From Selaginella moellendorffii (Eukaryota > Plantae > Lycopodiophyta), in the NCBI RefSeq assembly GCF_000143415.4, contig NW_003314261.1, positions 558,001 to 622,000 on the forward strand: a stretch of DNA of 64,000 nucleotides. Direction: 5' to 3'. Positions 1 through 12,304 of the stretch are shown in pieces (within the stretch, counting starts at the first letter, position 1; every line of letters begins with the position of its first letter). A program made the translations under genes and the position numbers. The notes under the pieces are model-generated. The model was not told where the DNA came from, searched no databases, and worked only from the letters and a program-made list of their open reading frames with translations.

Positions 1-207
1 AGGGCAGGGAGGCTGAGAGATGCGAGGGATGTGATTGCGGCTATGCCTTACCAAGCAGATTGTATGGCCTGGACCTCTGTTCTTGGTGCGTGTCACACAA
101 GTAGTGATCTAGAACAGGGAAGTAGTGCTGCACAGAGAGCTTTACAATTAGAACCCTCTTGCCCTAGCTCTTATGTTCTTCTCTCAAACATCCACTTCCA
201 AGGGTAA
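1..207 (+). CDS. 3' end of a PLS-class PPR gene (E domain), partial
   Basis: Frame 1 reads RAGRLRDARDVIAAMPYQADCMAWTSVLGAC...ALQLEPSCPSSYVLLSNIHFQG*, typical S2/E1/E2 motifs; TAA at 205-207. Confidence 0.85.
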   Translation, partial: RAGRLRDARDVIAAMPYQADCMAWTSVLGACHTSSDLEQGSSAAQRALQLEPSCPSSYVLLSNIHFQG

Positions 208-483
208 ATTTGATAAAACTCTATCACCAATGTTAGAATAAAATTTTGTGGTAGTATAAAGATGACTTAATCAAATCAAAGTAGTGATCTACAAACCTAA
301 GCCGATTGATTTACGTACACAAAGTCCAGACCATGGAAACGTTGGATCTAGAAAAGATTCGTACTGCAAACCTTTGTCTATGGCTAATCTAAAGATTAGA
401 AAGGTACGATATCCAACAAAATCCATTAAGGCCATAGATTTTTAGTAAAGCTGAGAGGAGAGAAGCATTTCTTCCACTCCTCT

Positions 484-1504
484 ATGGCAGCGAGCGGAGC
501 AGCGATGCTGTGTGCTCTTCCGGGCTGCACGAAGCTCGCATTCTTTCAAGAGAGCAGTGGCAAGCAGCACGAATGCTGCGGAAGAACCCATCACCTGATG
601 GAGATGGTGCGTCGCAACAATGGACTGCTGCTCAATCCGCCAAAGCTCGATGGCCGCTGCCAGCTCTCGTCTTGCAACCATCCAGTGTGGAGCGGCGATC
701 ACGACTTCTGCTGCAAGCGCCACGCCTTGGAGTGCCTCGATCAGACGCAGAGCATCGTCGCCAGGAAATGCGAGCTTCCGGGATGCGATCTCCCGGTGTG
801 TGTGGAGACAACAGCGTCGGGCGGCATACGGGTCCACGATTTCTGTGGATGGTCTCACGCAAAACTCTCGCGCTCGCAAGGAAAGGTTCGTGCTCTCTGG
901 ATTTCGGCTGGAAAGTGAAAGCTCCACTCTTGTTTTCTTTTGGGTTTGTGATCAGAGACGTCCCGATGTACTGAGCGCGGATCGAATCGTTGAGTGCTTG
1001 GAGGACTGGATTTCTAACCAGAGGATCAACGAGATCATACCGGATACAAACTTTTTCAGCAAACACCCCTGGAATGTGATCACTCCAGGTATTTCTTCCC
1101 GCCTCTCATTGTCTAGCGATTGATCGGTTGCCACAGGCTCCAGCACGATCACCTTGATCGCGCCATTGAAATGGAAGCGATCATCCCAGCGAGACAACAC
1201 CACGATCGAGGGCTGCCACTGGAAGCAGCAAGGCAAGCAGGAAAGCTTCGTCCTCCGCGGCCTCAAAGTGGAGAAGCGCAACTTGTCTTACATCGCTACC
1301 GAGCAGCACAGCAGCGATTTGAGCTTCTCGCTGGTGGAGTATGTTCTCAGCGATCACCCCCAGTTTGGAGCTTTCAAGATCAACGCGAGAGAGCGCGCGC
1401 GCGAGAAGAAAGTTAGAGTCGACAAGAAGAAGCGAAAGGTTGACGACGATGTTAAGATGCTGGTGGACGGTTTTCTGGCCGATTCACCCGAAGTTATTTT
1501 CTAG
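484..1504 (+). CDS. Three-exon gene (484-885, 956-1088, 1137-1504): three C-x4-C...C-x3-H repeats followed by a divergent NAC-like domain
   Basis: GT-AG introns 886-955 and 1089-1136 join three ORFs in frame. Repeats: CALPGC..CCGRTH, CQLSSC..FCCKRH, CELPGC..FCGWSH. NAC-like blocks: IIPDTNFFSKHPW, GCHWKQQGK, VEKRNLSY, SLVEYVL. Basic KKKRK tail. Confidence 0.65.
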
Positions 1505-1656
1505 AAACGCAAGATCAAGCTTAAGAGGTGTCAAAGAAACCTTTCTTCTTCTTCTTTCTTCTTTGTGGGCTTTACAAAACTTGCGTAAACTTTGATGTAC
1601 AGGGAAGAGCTTAGAACGGAAAAAAAAAACCGAAAAAAAAAAATTAAAGACGGTGG

Positions 1657-4165
1657 TCACTCACTATCTAGCGCAGCCAGCATTCTCTCCACGTCTTTGA
1701 GCAGCGTCGATCCTTTCCTCGACTTCTCGACGATCCTCTTGATCAAAACGTGACCCTGCCCGCCTTCTTCCGTATCGGACGCCGAGCTATCGTCGCGGGA
1801 GGAGCCATCGGAGCAGCTGAATCGCACCGGAGGAGAACTCTGATCGTTCCCCTGCGTCGCGTTTTCTTCCTCTGGTGGAGGTGTGTGAGCCTCCGACTTG
1901 ACGCTGCCCCTGGCGAGATTATCCCAGTACCGTATCTTGTCCAGCACCAGCGCACCGTTTCGCAATCTGAGAGCCCGGGGTGTGTTGAAGAGCTTGCTGG
2001 AGCGCACGTCTTGGATCGGAGTGGTAGAACCCGCGTGGCTGACCGCGAAAACACTGCTGTAGCTCCATGGTGGCGTGGTTTTTCTCTCCTGCTCCAAGTC
2101 GGTGCTGCTGTTCCGATTGTGCTGGAAGCCTCCCGGCTCATTGTCCATGCCTGCTCCTCCACTGAGGTAATTCTCCGGGGTGGTGCCGGAAGCTTGCCGT
2201 TGCCAGCTTTCTCCACACTCGGAAATGCTGCAGCTCGAAGCACCAGCCAGATCCCTGACCGAGTTTTGGCGGCTAAGAAATACAGACTTGAGGAACTCGT
2301 CACAGATGCCTTCCGAGGGGCTCTGCTCTCCGGGCTTGCAGCGATCGAATGAATTTTCTTCCTTGTTCCCTGCAGTAGACAAAAGCTTAGGGAGTAAATA
2401 GAAGGCGAAGAGCCATACCTGAGATCGACAAAGTCATCCCTGTCAAGCGAAAAACACGGTCTTTCCACATTTGAAGCTCCATCTCTGTGTCGTGAAGCTG
2501 GTTTTCAGAATGTTGGAGGTCTTCTTCTAGCTGGGCAATGCGCTCCTCTTGCCTGGTTTCGATGAGCATTCTGAGCCTTCGATCAAGCTCTCTCGGAGAA
2601 ACCGCCCAGTTTGTGGTGTTCCCCTCACCATGGGAGTGATTCTTATCGTCCTCGTCAAAGTCTGAAACTCCAGGCAAACCACTGGCGTTCAGTTCGCTAT
2701 GTACCACTTCGGCATCCAGCTGCAGACATACGCACAGAAAAATTTCAGTACAAAAACGAAAACAAACAAAATAAAAATGGCTTTCCTCCTCGGTCGAGTC
2801 GTTCGAGTTAAGCTGCATCAACTCCAATTCAGCTTCAAGTTGCGCTTCCAACTCGGCCATGTTTCCCTGCTGTTCCGTCGTCAGATTACTCCCAGCAGAG
2901 TCTAGGCCGGTAGAACGTTCGACCGCACCGCGGTCTGCTGCTCGCTGCAACACCTGGACTAAATTCTCAGCCTCTGCCAAGCATTTTTGCAGCCTCTCAA
3001 TTTCAGCGTTGTTCGTCGTGACCATGTGCATCACACCAATGCCAACCCCGAAACTGAACAGCAGAGCTTCTTGTGGAGGATCATCTGCAAAGAAGAAGAA
3101 ATAAATCACCTCGCAAAAGTAAGTAACAGTGAAAGAAAAAGAAGCGAAGAACAGAAACTTACCTCCAGCTTTGAAGTGCTTTTTTAAATTCTTCCGTGCA
3201 AACGGTCTCGAAAATGGTGGAAAATGCATAGAGTTTCTACGAAGCCCAGAGCCGGTCCCTGTTCCCAACACTTCAACTTCGCCAAGGCCAGGAGTTCTCC
3301 CTTCCTGAAACGGCTGGAAAAACAAAGAGCGAGAGACTCGCTTGTCCTCGTCGAAATGTAGCTGCGCGCTCAAGCAACTCTCCATCGAAGAAACCGGCTT
3401 TGGCGACGCACGCAAGTACCTCGCCCTGCGTCCCAGTCCCCTCGACCTCTGCCGGCTCGGAGTCTTGAACTTCCGAATCCTGGCAGCGTCTCCTTCTCGT
3501 GGAGCAAACCAGAGATCCGTCAACCCGGGATTGTCCATGAAGCTGCACGTAAACGAGCTGAGAAGTCCCTGCTCTTGCGACTGCCCCGCTACAAGCTCGC
3601 TAGAATCTCTCTTTCTCTTCACCTCGATTCCTGCTAGATCACCTTCATGCATTGCGTGCTTGCTAAACTCGATCGCCCTCTTCCCGGCAGCCACTACAGG
3701 CACCGCGCTAGCGCTCTCGATCTCCAGTTGGGTTCTAGAAGTCTCTGTAGCAGCTTGTGGAGGATCACTGGATGCAGTAGTAACAGTAGTGGTCATCATC
3801 TTGGTCGTCCCGGGCGGCTTGGGACTAGTGTGACCGTGATCTTCCTCCCCATCAAACAGCTTCTTGGTCGATATCCTCCTCGCCACTGCCACTGGATCCA
3901 TCTGCTGCAAAGCATTCTTCTCCTTCTTCTTGAGCATCTCCTCCTCGAATTCTACCATTGCGATTGCGCCGCCATCGCCGGCGTCCTGTCCCGGCGAGGA
4001 ACCGAGATCAAATACCTGCTGCTCCTCGCTAGGGCATCCATCTTCGTCTTCCTGCTCGTGATGCTTCTCGTCTTGCTCCAGCTGCCGCCCCCACCGCTGC
4101 GATGATCCATGGCGCCAGCGCCTCGCGAGACATCCGGAGCCGACTGCTACAAGCAGTAGCCACAT
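1657..4165 (-). CDS. POLAR-like coiled-coil protein, multi-exon
   Basis: Motifs LLFSFGVGIGVM, MAELEAQLEAELELMQLN and VSPRELDRRLRMLIETRQEERIAQLE match the POLAR/POLAR-like family. Pyrimidine-rich in-frame introns lie inside ORF 2387-4165; ORF 1657-2382 is probably the last exon. Confidence 0.7.
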
Positions 4166-5239
4166 TTCCCAGCCTCATTCGTGCGGAGCGGCATTCCTGT
4201 CGATCGATCGAGAAGCGAGAAAAATTCTCACATCCCGCCAGGGGGTGGAGGCGATGCGCCGCGGCAACAATCCGAGAATCTCACTGCTGGAGCAGCCGCA
4301 TCCACGATCCCGGGGGAAGGAGCCCTGCCGCCTGGAGAGAGAAGAAGAAAGAATGGAAGAACTTAGGGCGAGTGTCAGACAAGAGGATCGTACCCGCGAC
4401 CTTGGCTTCACCCTCTCACGCCACCACACAAAAAATAAGGAAAAAAGAATATAGCAACGGCTGGAAATTTGTGTGTGTGTTATAACATCACATCTCTAGA
4501 ATTCTCTACACACATTATCAAATCGAATAAACAACCATACAACCATGGAACCATACAAGATAGGAGTTTCACGAAACCTTGGATCTGGGCTCTTCGTGAT
4601 CCAAATCTCCTGGATCGAATCGATTCTAGACGAAACTCCTCCGTTTCATTTCACTTCATTGTTTGGAAGACCATCTAGCTTCATGAGCCCTTGGAGTCCC
4701 TTTAGAGTGGCAACTGGAAGAAATAAAAGGAAAGACGAGGACTAGACAGACAAAGATCAAGGAGCGTGATGGCCATGTACCGCCGGACACGATCATCGCT
4801 TACATTCTTCCCAGCTATGGTGTGTGGAAGATCATGACGGAGGACGTGTTAGCCAAGGTTGTGGTACCCGGGGTGGAGTATTACGTGAAGTTGGAGCTTC
4901 CCTAGAAGATCGACGAGAAGGAGAGGGAGAAAACTATGCAGCTCGGGTTTCTTCACGAGCACTTGAGTGATATCAAGCCACTCCTGTCGCTCGAGAACAT
5001 TGACGGGGTGCCTGGAAACTTTCAAGTCGAAGCCGCCGGTTGTGCAACAATATGCTCGAGCAGCTGAAGCAAATCTATGGAGCTGCTACAAGTGATGCTA
5101 GGAAGGATTCTTCTGCCGCTTTCCAGACTTCGTTCGGCATCTCGATCCACTTCCAGAGCGCTGGAACGTAAGACGTTGCTGGTTTGTTATTGTGGAGACC
5201 GTCGTGTCGTGTCGCGAGAAGCTCGGGGTTGCTCAGCCT

Positions 5240-5385
5240 GGTCGACACCACCCTGGCGTTCATGAGTGGCGATCATGTGTCTTGAACTCCTGCAATCACT
5301 CCATATGCCTAGATTGGCGCATCGTTAGGATGACTTTGGAGAATGGTCGAGCAGGGAGTGTTACCCGATGAGATCACGTAATCAA
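5240..5385 (+). pseudogene. PPR remnant
   Basis: Reads DHVS*TPAITPYA*IG..LWRMVEQGVLPDEIT*, a P-type motif with in-frame stops. Confidence 0.5.
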
Positions 5386-6032
5386 GGAATGTCTTCCAAG
5401 GCCGTCTCCCAAGGATTTGTGGTGCTAGAGATTGCATCACAGTTGCGAACTCGCTCATCAATCGTGCAAGCTCTTGTTTTCTTGGCAGATGACACTTCTT
5501 GAGCACATGTTCGTTGCTCATGCTCATGTGTGTTGCAAGTAACATTATAATTCTCTCATGAGCATGTATAGCACGAGATCATGTTGCTTGGACTGCAACA
5601 GGCATTGCTCGTCATCACTTACATTTAGAACTTTTTAGTTGGGATGTAAATGGATGATTGGAAAAGTGAGAGAAAAATGATTCCTTACTGATCAGGTAAT
5701 ATATTCCTTCTTCTCATCTCGACCCTGAACTTACAATGCAATATTATATATGTTTTTGAGACCAGTTTTCAAGTTTTGTTCTCTCTTCCTTAACTCGCTT
5801 CTTTACTTTAGCTTTTGTCATTTTTTTCAGTTTTTCCCTCATAGTTTTTTTTCACACTTTATTCCTATCCTCCTCCTTTTTCATCTTTTCTTCCATCAAT
5901 TTTCTCCTTAGCATCTCAACTCTTATCATCTATTCATAATTCTCCAGCTTGCAAATTATGGGTTCAAGCTGCAATTGGAGCCCGGGTATCATTCTAAACA
6001 TATTCCTAAACTGAATGGTACTTTTTGACATT

Positions 6033-8189
6033 TTAAGAGGTTTTCATCCTGTCCACTAATGCCTGCTCATCCCTCATTCCCAGGCTTCCATAAATATTTC
6101 CCATAAGAACATAAGCAGCATAGTCTCTTTTATCCAGCTTCACAAGCTCCTCAAACACTCTTCTTCCCACCACAGCATTCTTCCACTTCCAACAAGCTCC
6201 CAGCACTGTTCTCCACGTCAAAGCATCGGCTCTAAACTCCATCCCCTCCACCATAGCCACCGCTTGCTCGAGCTCGTTCGCTCGCCCCAGCATATCAATC
6301 ACGCAGCGGTAGTGCTCTAGAGACAAGCTTACTCTCCACTGCGAGCTCATTCTCTGGAAAAACTTCTTCCCCCTGTCGATCAATCCGGCGTGACTGCACG
6401 CTGTAAGCACTGAAAGACACGAAACTCTGTCTGGAACCCAGCCTTCCTCGACCATCTTGTCAAACATCTCGAAAACCCAGCGAGTGTCTCCCTTGCGGCC
6501 ATATCCTGCCACCACCGAGCTCCAGTTGAGCGAGCTTCTCGTCTCCAGCGAATCAAAAACGATCTGAGCGTCGACCATGCTCCCGCATTTTCCGTAGACA
6601 TCCAGCAGGCAGTTCTTGACCACGGACAGGTCGCTCGGCTCGATCGATTCCTCGCAGCTGAGAACTCTGGCATGGATCTTCTTGGCGGATTCCAGTGCTG
6701 TGGTGCTACTGCAAGCCTTGAGAGCAGCCACGAAGCTCAAGACGTCGTGCTCGCAGCCCTGGGAGTCCAAGCACGAGAAGAGCTCCAGCGCCATCTCTCC
6801 CTCTCCACAGTCTGCGTATCCCATCATCAAAGAGTTCCACGAAACCACGTCCCTGTGCCTCATCTCCACGTCGAAGACTCTCCGGGAATCCAAAACGCTG
6901 CCACACTTGGCATACAGATCCACCAGCATGTTCCCAACACGGACATCTCGATCCAGGTTCCTCGACCGAGCAGCCTGCGAATGAATCGCCATTGATCTCT
7001 CCAAAGCCTCGAGCTTCACCACCACCTTCACTCCCGGCAAAGTTCTTCCTTCCTCTTTCGCCGCTGCACTCGCGCAAGCTTTGAGAGCAGCAACGATCGA
7101 AGGAGCGTCGGGCACACAGCCTTCCACCCGCGTCATCGCGTCGAATAGTTCCAGCGCGAGCTCGTCTTCGCCATTGTCGACGAATCCCAGCACCAGAGAA
7201 GTCCAGGAAACCACGCTGTGCTCGGCCATCTTTTCGAAAACGCGCACAGCTCCAGCCAGATCCCCACACTTGGAATACATATCCACGAGCGAGTTGGAAA
7301 GAACCAAGTGTGAGTCCACTCCAGCCTTGGCAGCCATCAAGTGGATTTCCATCCCCTTCTCCAAAACCAACACCTTCGATGAGAAGTTCTTGGAGCTGGA
7401 AGCTTTTTTCGTGAGTGCCACTGCCATGCTCGTCACGCACTTCACAGCAGCCACGAAAGTAAGTGCGTCCGGACGAATTCTCGCTGGATCGCTCATCATC
7501 CTCGAGAAGACTTCCAGTCCAGCCTCGCCGCATCCATTCTCGGCATAGCCAGCTACAAGCACCGTCCACGAGACCACATTCCTGGACAAAGACGCGATGC
7601 CATCGAAAACTCTCTTGGCTTCCACCATACCACCGCAGCGCGAGAAGAGATCCATAGCAGTGTTGGCGACGAAGATATCCCCCGCGTAGCCACGCCTGGA
7701 AGCCTCCCAGTGAATCTCTAATCCCCTCTCCAGCGTGCTGTCTTTGGAGGAGCTCGCGAATCCAGCGCAGGCCTTCAGCGCCGCCACGAAAGCTCTCGCG
7801 TCTGGATCGCAGCCGCCAATGATCATCCGCGAGAAGAGCTCCATTGCCACGCCGGATTGGTCGCCCTCGATGTATCCCAGCATGAGCGCCGTGGAGGCGA
7901 CGGTGCTCTTGGCCGGCATTGCCTCAAAGACCGATCGAGCCTCGGCCAGGCAGCCGGATTTGCAGTAGAGATTGACGAGCGCGGTGGCGACGTGGATGTT
8001 GGCATCGTCGCCGCTGCTCTTGGCCCGGGCGTGGAGGATCCGCCCAGCCTTGATGTCGCCGGAGCTGGTGCACGCCTTGAGGCGCGAGAGGAGAATCGAT
8101 GTGCTCACCTTGTTACCAGCGTTGCCTGTGCTGCAATGGCGGTGGCCAGAGATGCTCCATCTCCTCCTCCATCCTCCTCGCCCTAGCAT
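6033..8189 (-). CDS. PLS-class (E subgroup) PPR protein, intronless, probable organellar RNA-editing factor
   Basis: 718-aa ORF with repeated LVDMYSKCG / VVSWT motifs, HYRCVIDMLGRA, WRTVLGAC and AYVLMGNIY; Arg-rich N-terminus. Confidence 0.93.
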   Translation of the reverse strand: MLGRGGWRRRWSISGHRHCSTGNAGNKVSTSILLSRLKACTSSGDIKAGRILHARAKSSGDDANIHVATALVNLYCKSGCLAEARSVFEAMPAKSTVASTALMLGYIEGDQSGVAMELFSRMIIGGCDPDARAFVAALKACAGFASSSKDSTLERGLEIHWEASRRGYAGDIFVANTAMDLFSRCGGMVEAKRVFDGIASLSRNVVSWTVLVAGYAENGCGEAGLEVFSRMMSDPARIRPDALTFVAAVKCVTSMAVALTKKASSSKNFSSKVLVLEKGMEIHLMAAKAGVDSHLVLSNSLVDMYSKCGDLAGAVRVFEKMAEHSVVSWTSLVLGFVDNGEDELALELFDAMTRVEGCVPDAPSIVAALKACASAAAKEEGRTLPGVKVVVKLEALERSMAIHSQAARSRNLDRDVRVGNMLVDLYAKCGSVLDSRRVFDVEMRHRDVVSWNSLMMGYADCGEGEMALELFSCLDSQGCEHDVLSFVAALKACSSTTALESAKKIHARVLSCEESIEPSDLSVVKNCLLDVYGKCGSMVDAQIVFDSLETRSSLNWSSVVAGYGRKGDTRWVFEMFDKMVEEGWVPDRVSCLSVLTACSHAGLIDRGKKFFQRMSSQWRVSLSLEHYRCVIDMLGRANELEQAVAMVEGMEFRADALTWRTVLGACWKWKNAVVGRRVFEELVKLDKRDYAAYVLMGNIYGSLGMRDEQALVDRMKTS

Positions 8190-10152
8190 GGGCTTTGACC
8201 CATTTTAAATCGACTGACCATTGAATTTCCATAATGAGAATTGACCGTTTTCATTGAGTTAGGGCTAACTATTGAAAATTTTAAACTATTGACCTAACTG
8301 TTGACCAATATGACGAGGATGGAGAAGCTACTTCAAACGATCATCCTGGCGAGCAAAAGAAGAGCTGACAACCAATTCTGACGGATCTCTTCTTGACGAT
8401 CCGGCGAAGAACCACCAATCTGGCCCTCCGGATGTCCCTGCTGCAGCGATCGACGTGCTCCTCCAGTTCGTCCAGATCCCGGATGAATGCGCTCTGCCGG
8501 CTCTTGAGCTGCTCCACCACCAGATGCATGCCAAAGCCGTCCGCGTGCCTCTGCCCAAACTGTATGCAGTGGACGATCGATTCCATGGAGTTGCTGAGGC
8601 TGTTGATGAGCGCTCGTATCGTGTCCATCTCCTTGATCGTCACAAAAGTCTTGAAGTTCGCTTCTCTCATCAGATCCCGGCGTGCCTGGAGCTCCTTCTC
8701 GTACTTGGTGAGGAAGGACTTGATCCATCTTCCCAGGGTCTCGAGTGGCATCGACGATACCGCTGCCACCGCCCCTACGATCGCTGGGACTGTCATCACC
8801 GCCGCCACCACCGCACAGATCACCAGCGCCGCGCAAGTCGCAGCGTAGATGATCGTCGACACCTTCGTCCAGCCGCGGACATACCGCAGCTTCCTGTCCA
8901 GCGACTTCTTCTTCGCCTGAAGCTTTCTCTGCAGCTCCATCTGCTTCTGGTAGACGGTCTGGAACTTCTCCATGAACTCGTCCGTGAAGGGGTTGCCGGC
9001 GTCCACGTACTGGTTGAGCTCTTTGAGAATTGCCTGGCACTGCTCCTCGCTTGGATCTCCTTCGCTGGGCATCATGTTGATCGCTACCTGGATCGACATC
9101 TGGTTCTCCCTGGCCTGTTTGATACACTTGTTTAGCTCCTCGCAAAAGTCTAGCGTAGCCATGCTGTTGTCAAAGTAGTCCTTGACCAGCTCAAACAGCG
9201 AGTCGCTTGCCCACACGTCCTTCTTGTAGTTGAGAATTACGTTCACAACCTCCTGGTCGAGCTCTAAAAAGCTGGTGGTCACATCCTTTAACGACTGGAA
9301 TGAAAGTCCCCTCTCGTCCACCCCGGCCGCCATGCTCTGGAGCACCCTCTCTGTTCGTTCCTTGAGCCCATCCCCAAATTTTCTCACGTCTGGATCCTTG
9401 GCACATACTCTCTCGTACTCGCTGAGATCTATGCTGCTCAAACTTTCTCCTGGCGAGAGTGACCGGCTGCTCTGGTTACCCATTTCTTCTTTTTCCTTGT
9501 CTACTTCCTTCCCTGTTCTAAATTCCTGTAGGCCTACCTTCCTGTTCTAAAGTAACCCTTTCTCAATAGATGATTGGTATCGAATCGACTATTCCATCAG
9601 CGACAGAGAGAGGCGTCCGGATGGATCAAGGCGCCCTCCTGTACCACATAGACAAATATTTCGAGGTCAAACCACAGCGTAGGGGAGAAATCGCAGAGAA
9701 ATCCTCGCCCGAAGAGACCTAGACGATGAACAGCAGATCCAGAGAGACGATGCAGCTCCTGGATCGATATTTCTCCCAAGAAACCGATGAATGGCGATGG
9801 GATTTGTCGATCGAGGCCTGGAATGCCGCCGGCAACGAGCATTGCGCCCCCTCCCGACGCTTGCGATTGCGCGCTGGATCAATCTGCCTTTCCCGTTTGC
9901 TTGGCGAGCAACGAGCGCCTAAACCCTGTGACGCAGCCCTCTAGCTGTGCTACGGGACAATGGACGATGAGATTTCTCCTATCTAGAGCTCGAGAAACGG
10001 CTAGCAATCGCTGCATTGCTTGCTATCGATCCGGAATAGGCGGCGTCCCGGTAAGGGAGAAAGAGAAAATGCGAAGGGAATGAGAGAACAGTGTAAAGGG
10101 CCCAGGGTGGACCTACGAGAAAGCAACGCGTTGTAGAAATAACTTTTTCCCC
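8115..10152. repeat. Left arm of a ~2-kb inverted duplication (partner 26523-28632)
   Basis: The DUF677 CDS, its upstream region and the first codons of the PPR gene are found reverse-complemented at 26.5-28.6 kb. Confidence 0.93.
8341..9483 (-). CDS. UPF0496/DUF677 family protein, copy A
   Basis: 380-aa ORF; MGNQSS possible myristoylation start, LFELVKDYFDNS, GNPFT, hydrophobic hairpin, coiled-coil C-terminus. Confidence 0.88.
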   Translation of the reverse strand: MGNQSSRSLSPGESLSSIDLSEYERVCAKDPDVRKFGDGLKERTERVLQSMAAGVDERGLSFQSLKDVTTSFLELDQEVVNVILNYKKDVWASDSLFELVKDYFDNSMATLDFCEELNKCIKQARENQMSIQVAINMMPSEGDPSEEQCQAILKELNQYVDAGNPFTDEFMEKFQTVYQKQMELQRKLQAKKKSLDRKLRYVRGWTKVSTIIYAATCAALVICAVVAAVMTVPAIVGAVAAVSSMPLETLGRWIKSFLTKYEKELQARRDLMREANFKTFVTIKEMDTIRALINSLSNSMESIVHCIQFGQRHADGFGMHLVVEQLKSRQSAFIRDLDELEEHVDRCSRDIRRARLVVLRRIVKKRSVRIGCQLFFCSPG

Positions 10153-12304
10153 ATTCCGAGCAGGAATCTAATTTGGCTGAGAATCTCCTGCAAACAATGA
10201 GGTAAATTACTATGGCGTGCTAGTTGTAAATCCTCTACCATGTGCCACGCGGCAGCTCCCTATTGGTGCATATATAATATAATATCTGTTGAATATACCT
10301 GAAATTTTCTTGCAAATTTCTGGGATGGCCATTATGGTAATCTGAATAGCCCCATCCCCTATATCCTATGTGTCATATCTACACATCCCTATAATACATT
10401 CATCCATTATACCCATTCAAAGCTTGTCTGTAATTGCTTTGGAGGAGAACATCAATTGATCAGTGGGTGACTTATAATGCAGTAAGAAAGTACATGAGCA
10501 TTCTCAAAATCCTTGAAAACAATCCTTATAGGCTTGGGCTTTCCAAACACTAGCTCTCACAATGTCAAACTTTTGCACCTTGTAGCCCAGCCCATTGTAA
10601 GTCATGCTGGCAACATGATCCTATAACTCCTCCTTGTCTTGCTTGTTGCTCTAGAACCATAGCTGCGGAGTAAATATAATCAAGCTCCTCTCCTACACCT
10701 TGATCTTGTTTACTTCCTCCATCTGGGTGTAACTGTAAGCAGCCTTGCTCCATCATGCTACATGGTTGACATGCTTAGGTGGGCATGTTGAATTTTAAGG
10801 GGCTCTTTTTTAATGTAATCATGATGCCAATTTAGTGTGTATTGAGTGACATTGTAGAAGAATTCAACTATAGAAGATCTATGCGTGCTTAAACTCCATT
10901 GTGAGTTCCATCTTATACAATAGGCTAGAGCTTCTTGGCTATGTAGAAACCAAAAATAAGATTAGCAATCCATTTTAAAACAAAAAGAGAATCTAAATTA
11001 CTTATGTAAAATTACATGATTTTTATTTACACTAAAATTTGTAATTGACTATAATATGATCTAAAATTTGAAATTGATTATATTTTAATATTGGCATTTA
11101 GAGAGCCTCCAGCCAATGTACCATTATTAAAACATAACATAATGAAAAACCCTAGTTATTCTACTTCTTAAATAATATGATAAATTACTAAATTTAGACT
11201 TGCTCTATCAATACTAGAAATGAATTCTCCTAATAAATCTTTAATATCCTTTTGTGAGTGAACTTGAACTATTTTAGAAGAAAAAAAAAATTTAAACAAT
11301 ACTAGAATGCCTATCAACGAAAGTCTTTATTTTACTCAATTGCTAACTCCATCAATTGGAATAAATTAATAGGGATGTGGGATGCTTTAAAGTATTCACC
11401 ATATCTAAAAGGATGAACCTTATATAAATTCTATGTTACAACCTAATCAATAATGTCTCTTATAAAATAAAGTGAAAATACATTCTATAAGCTTTATATA
11501 TGCCATGGATTGCTTATATCAAGAATACTAATATCTTCTATAAACTCAAAGAGATGTTTGTAAAACCACATCATTTACTCATACAATTCTCACCACAAAT
11601 GTTCGATGCACTTTAAAAAAAAATTTCAAAAAGGTTAAATTTTAAACCATGTATTGATGGTTTACATATAAAGCTTTTACCTTTACACCCTAACAATGAA
11701 TTGTATCAACTTTCATGCCATTATGTTCAGAAGTATTATCGCTCCTTATTCATTTCAGCCTCCCAAAATGTCGTACAACCCATGTATATGTATTGAAAAT
11801 AGCATTGGCCTGTTTGGTCATAGACCACAATAAAATGTATTACCCAATAAATTATGGTATAGATGTATGCTACAAAACAATAAAAATAATGGTTAGAAAA
11901 GATAAGGAAGAAAAACATTTACAATCTATATGACATAGTGTATAAAGTGTCTTATTGGTGTAGTTACATCGATAAATTCATGACAAATGCCTATTGTGCA
12001 ATTTTCTTGGATCATGTAAAATTAATGCCTTGCGAATTTAATACTTAGTAAAATAGTAACCAACTACTCGATAATAGGAATGGGAGTTGATAATTCCTAA
12101 TTTTTCCCTATACAATTCACAAGAATATTAGTCCGGACATGGTTAAGAACTTCCTTTATCAGTATCTTATAGTACACCCCTTTCCAATTTGTATCCACCC
12201 ATATATATTTATACAATGTTGATTGTGTAATTTCTAAATAATTTGTAAGATAAGCCATGGTCTTTATCTCAAGAATCTATACGTAAAATGCTGCTCCACT
12301 AGTA

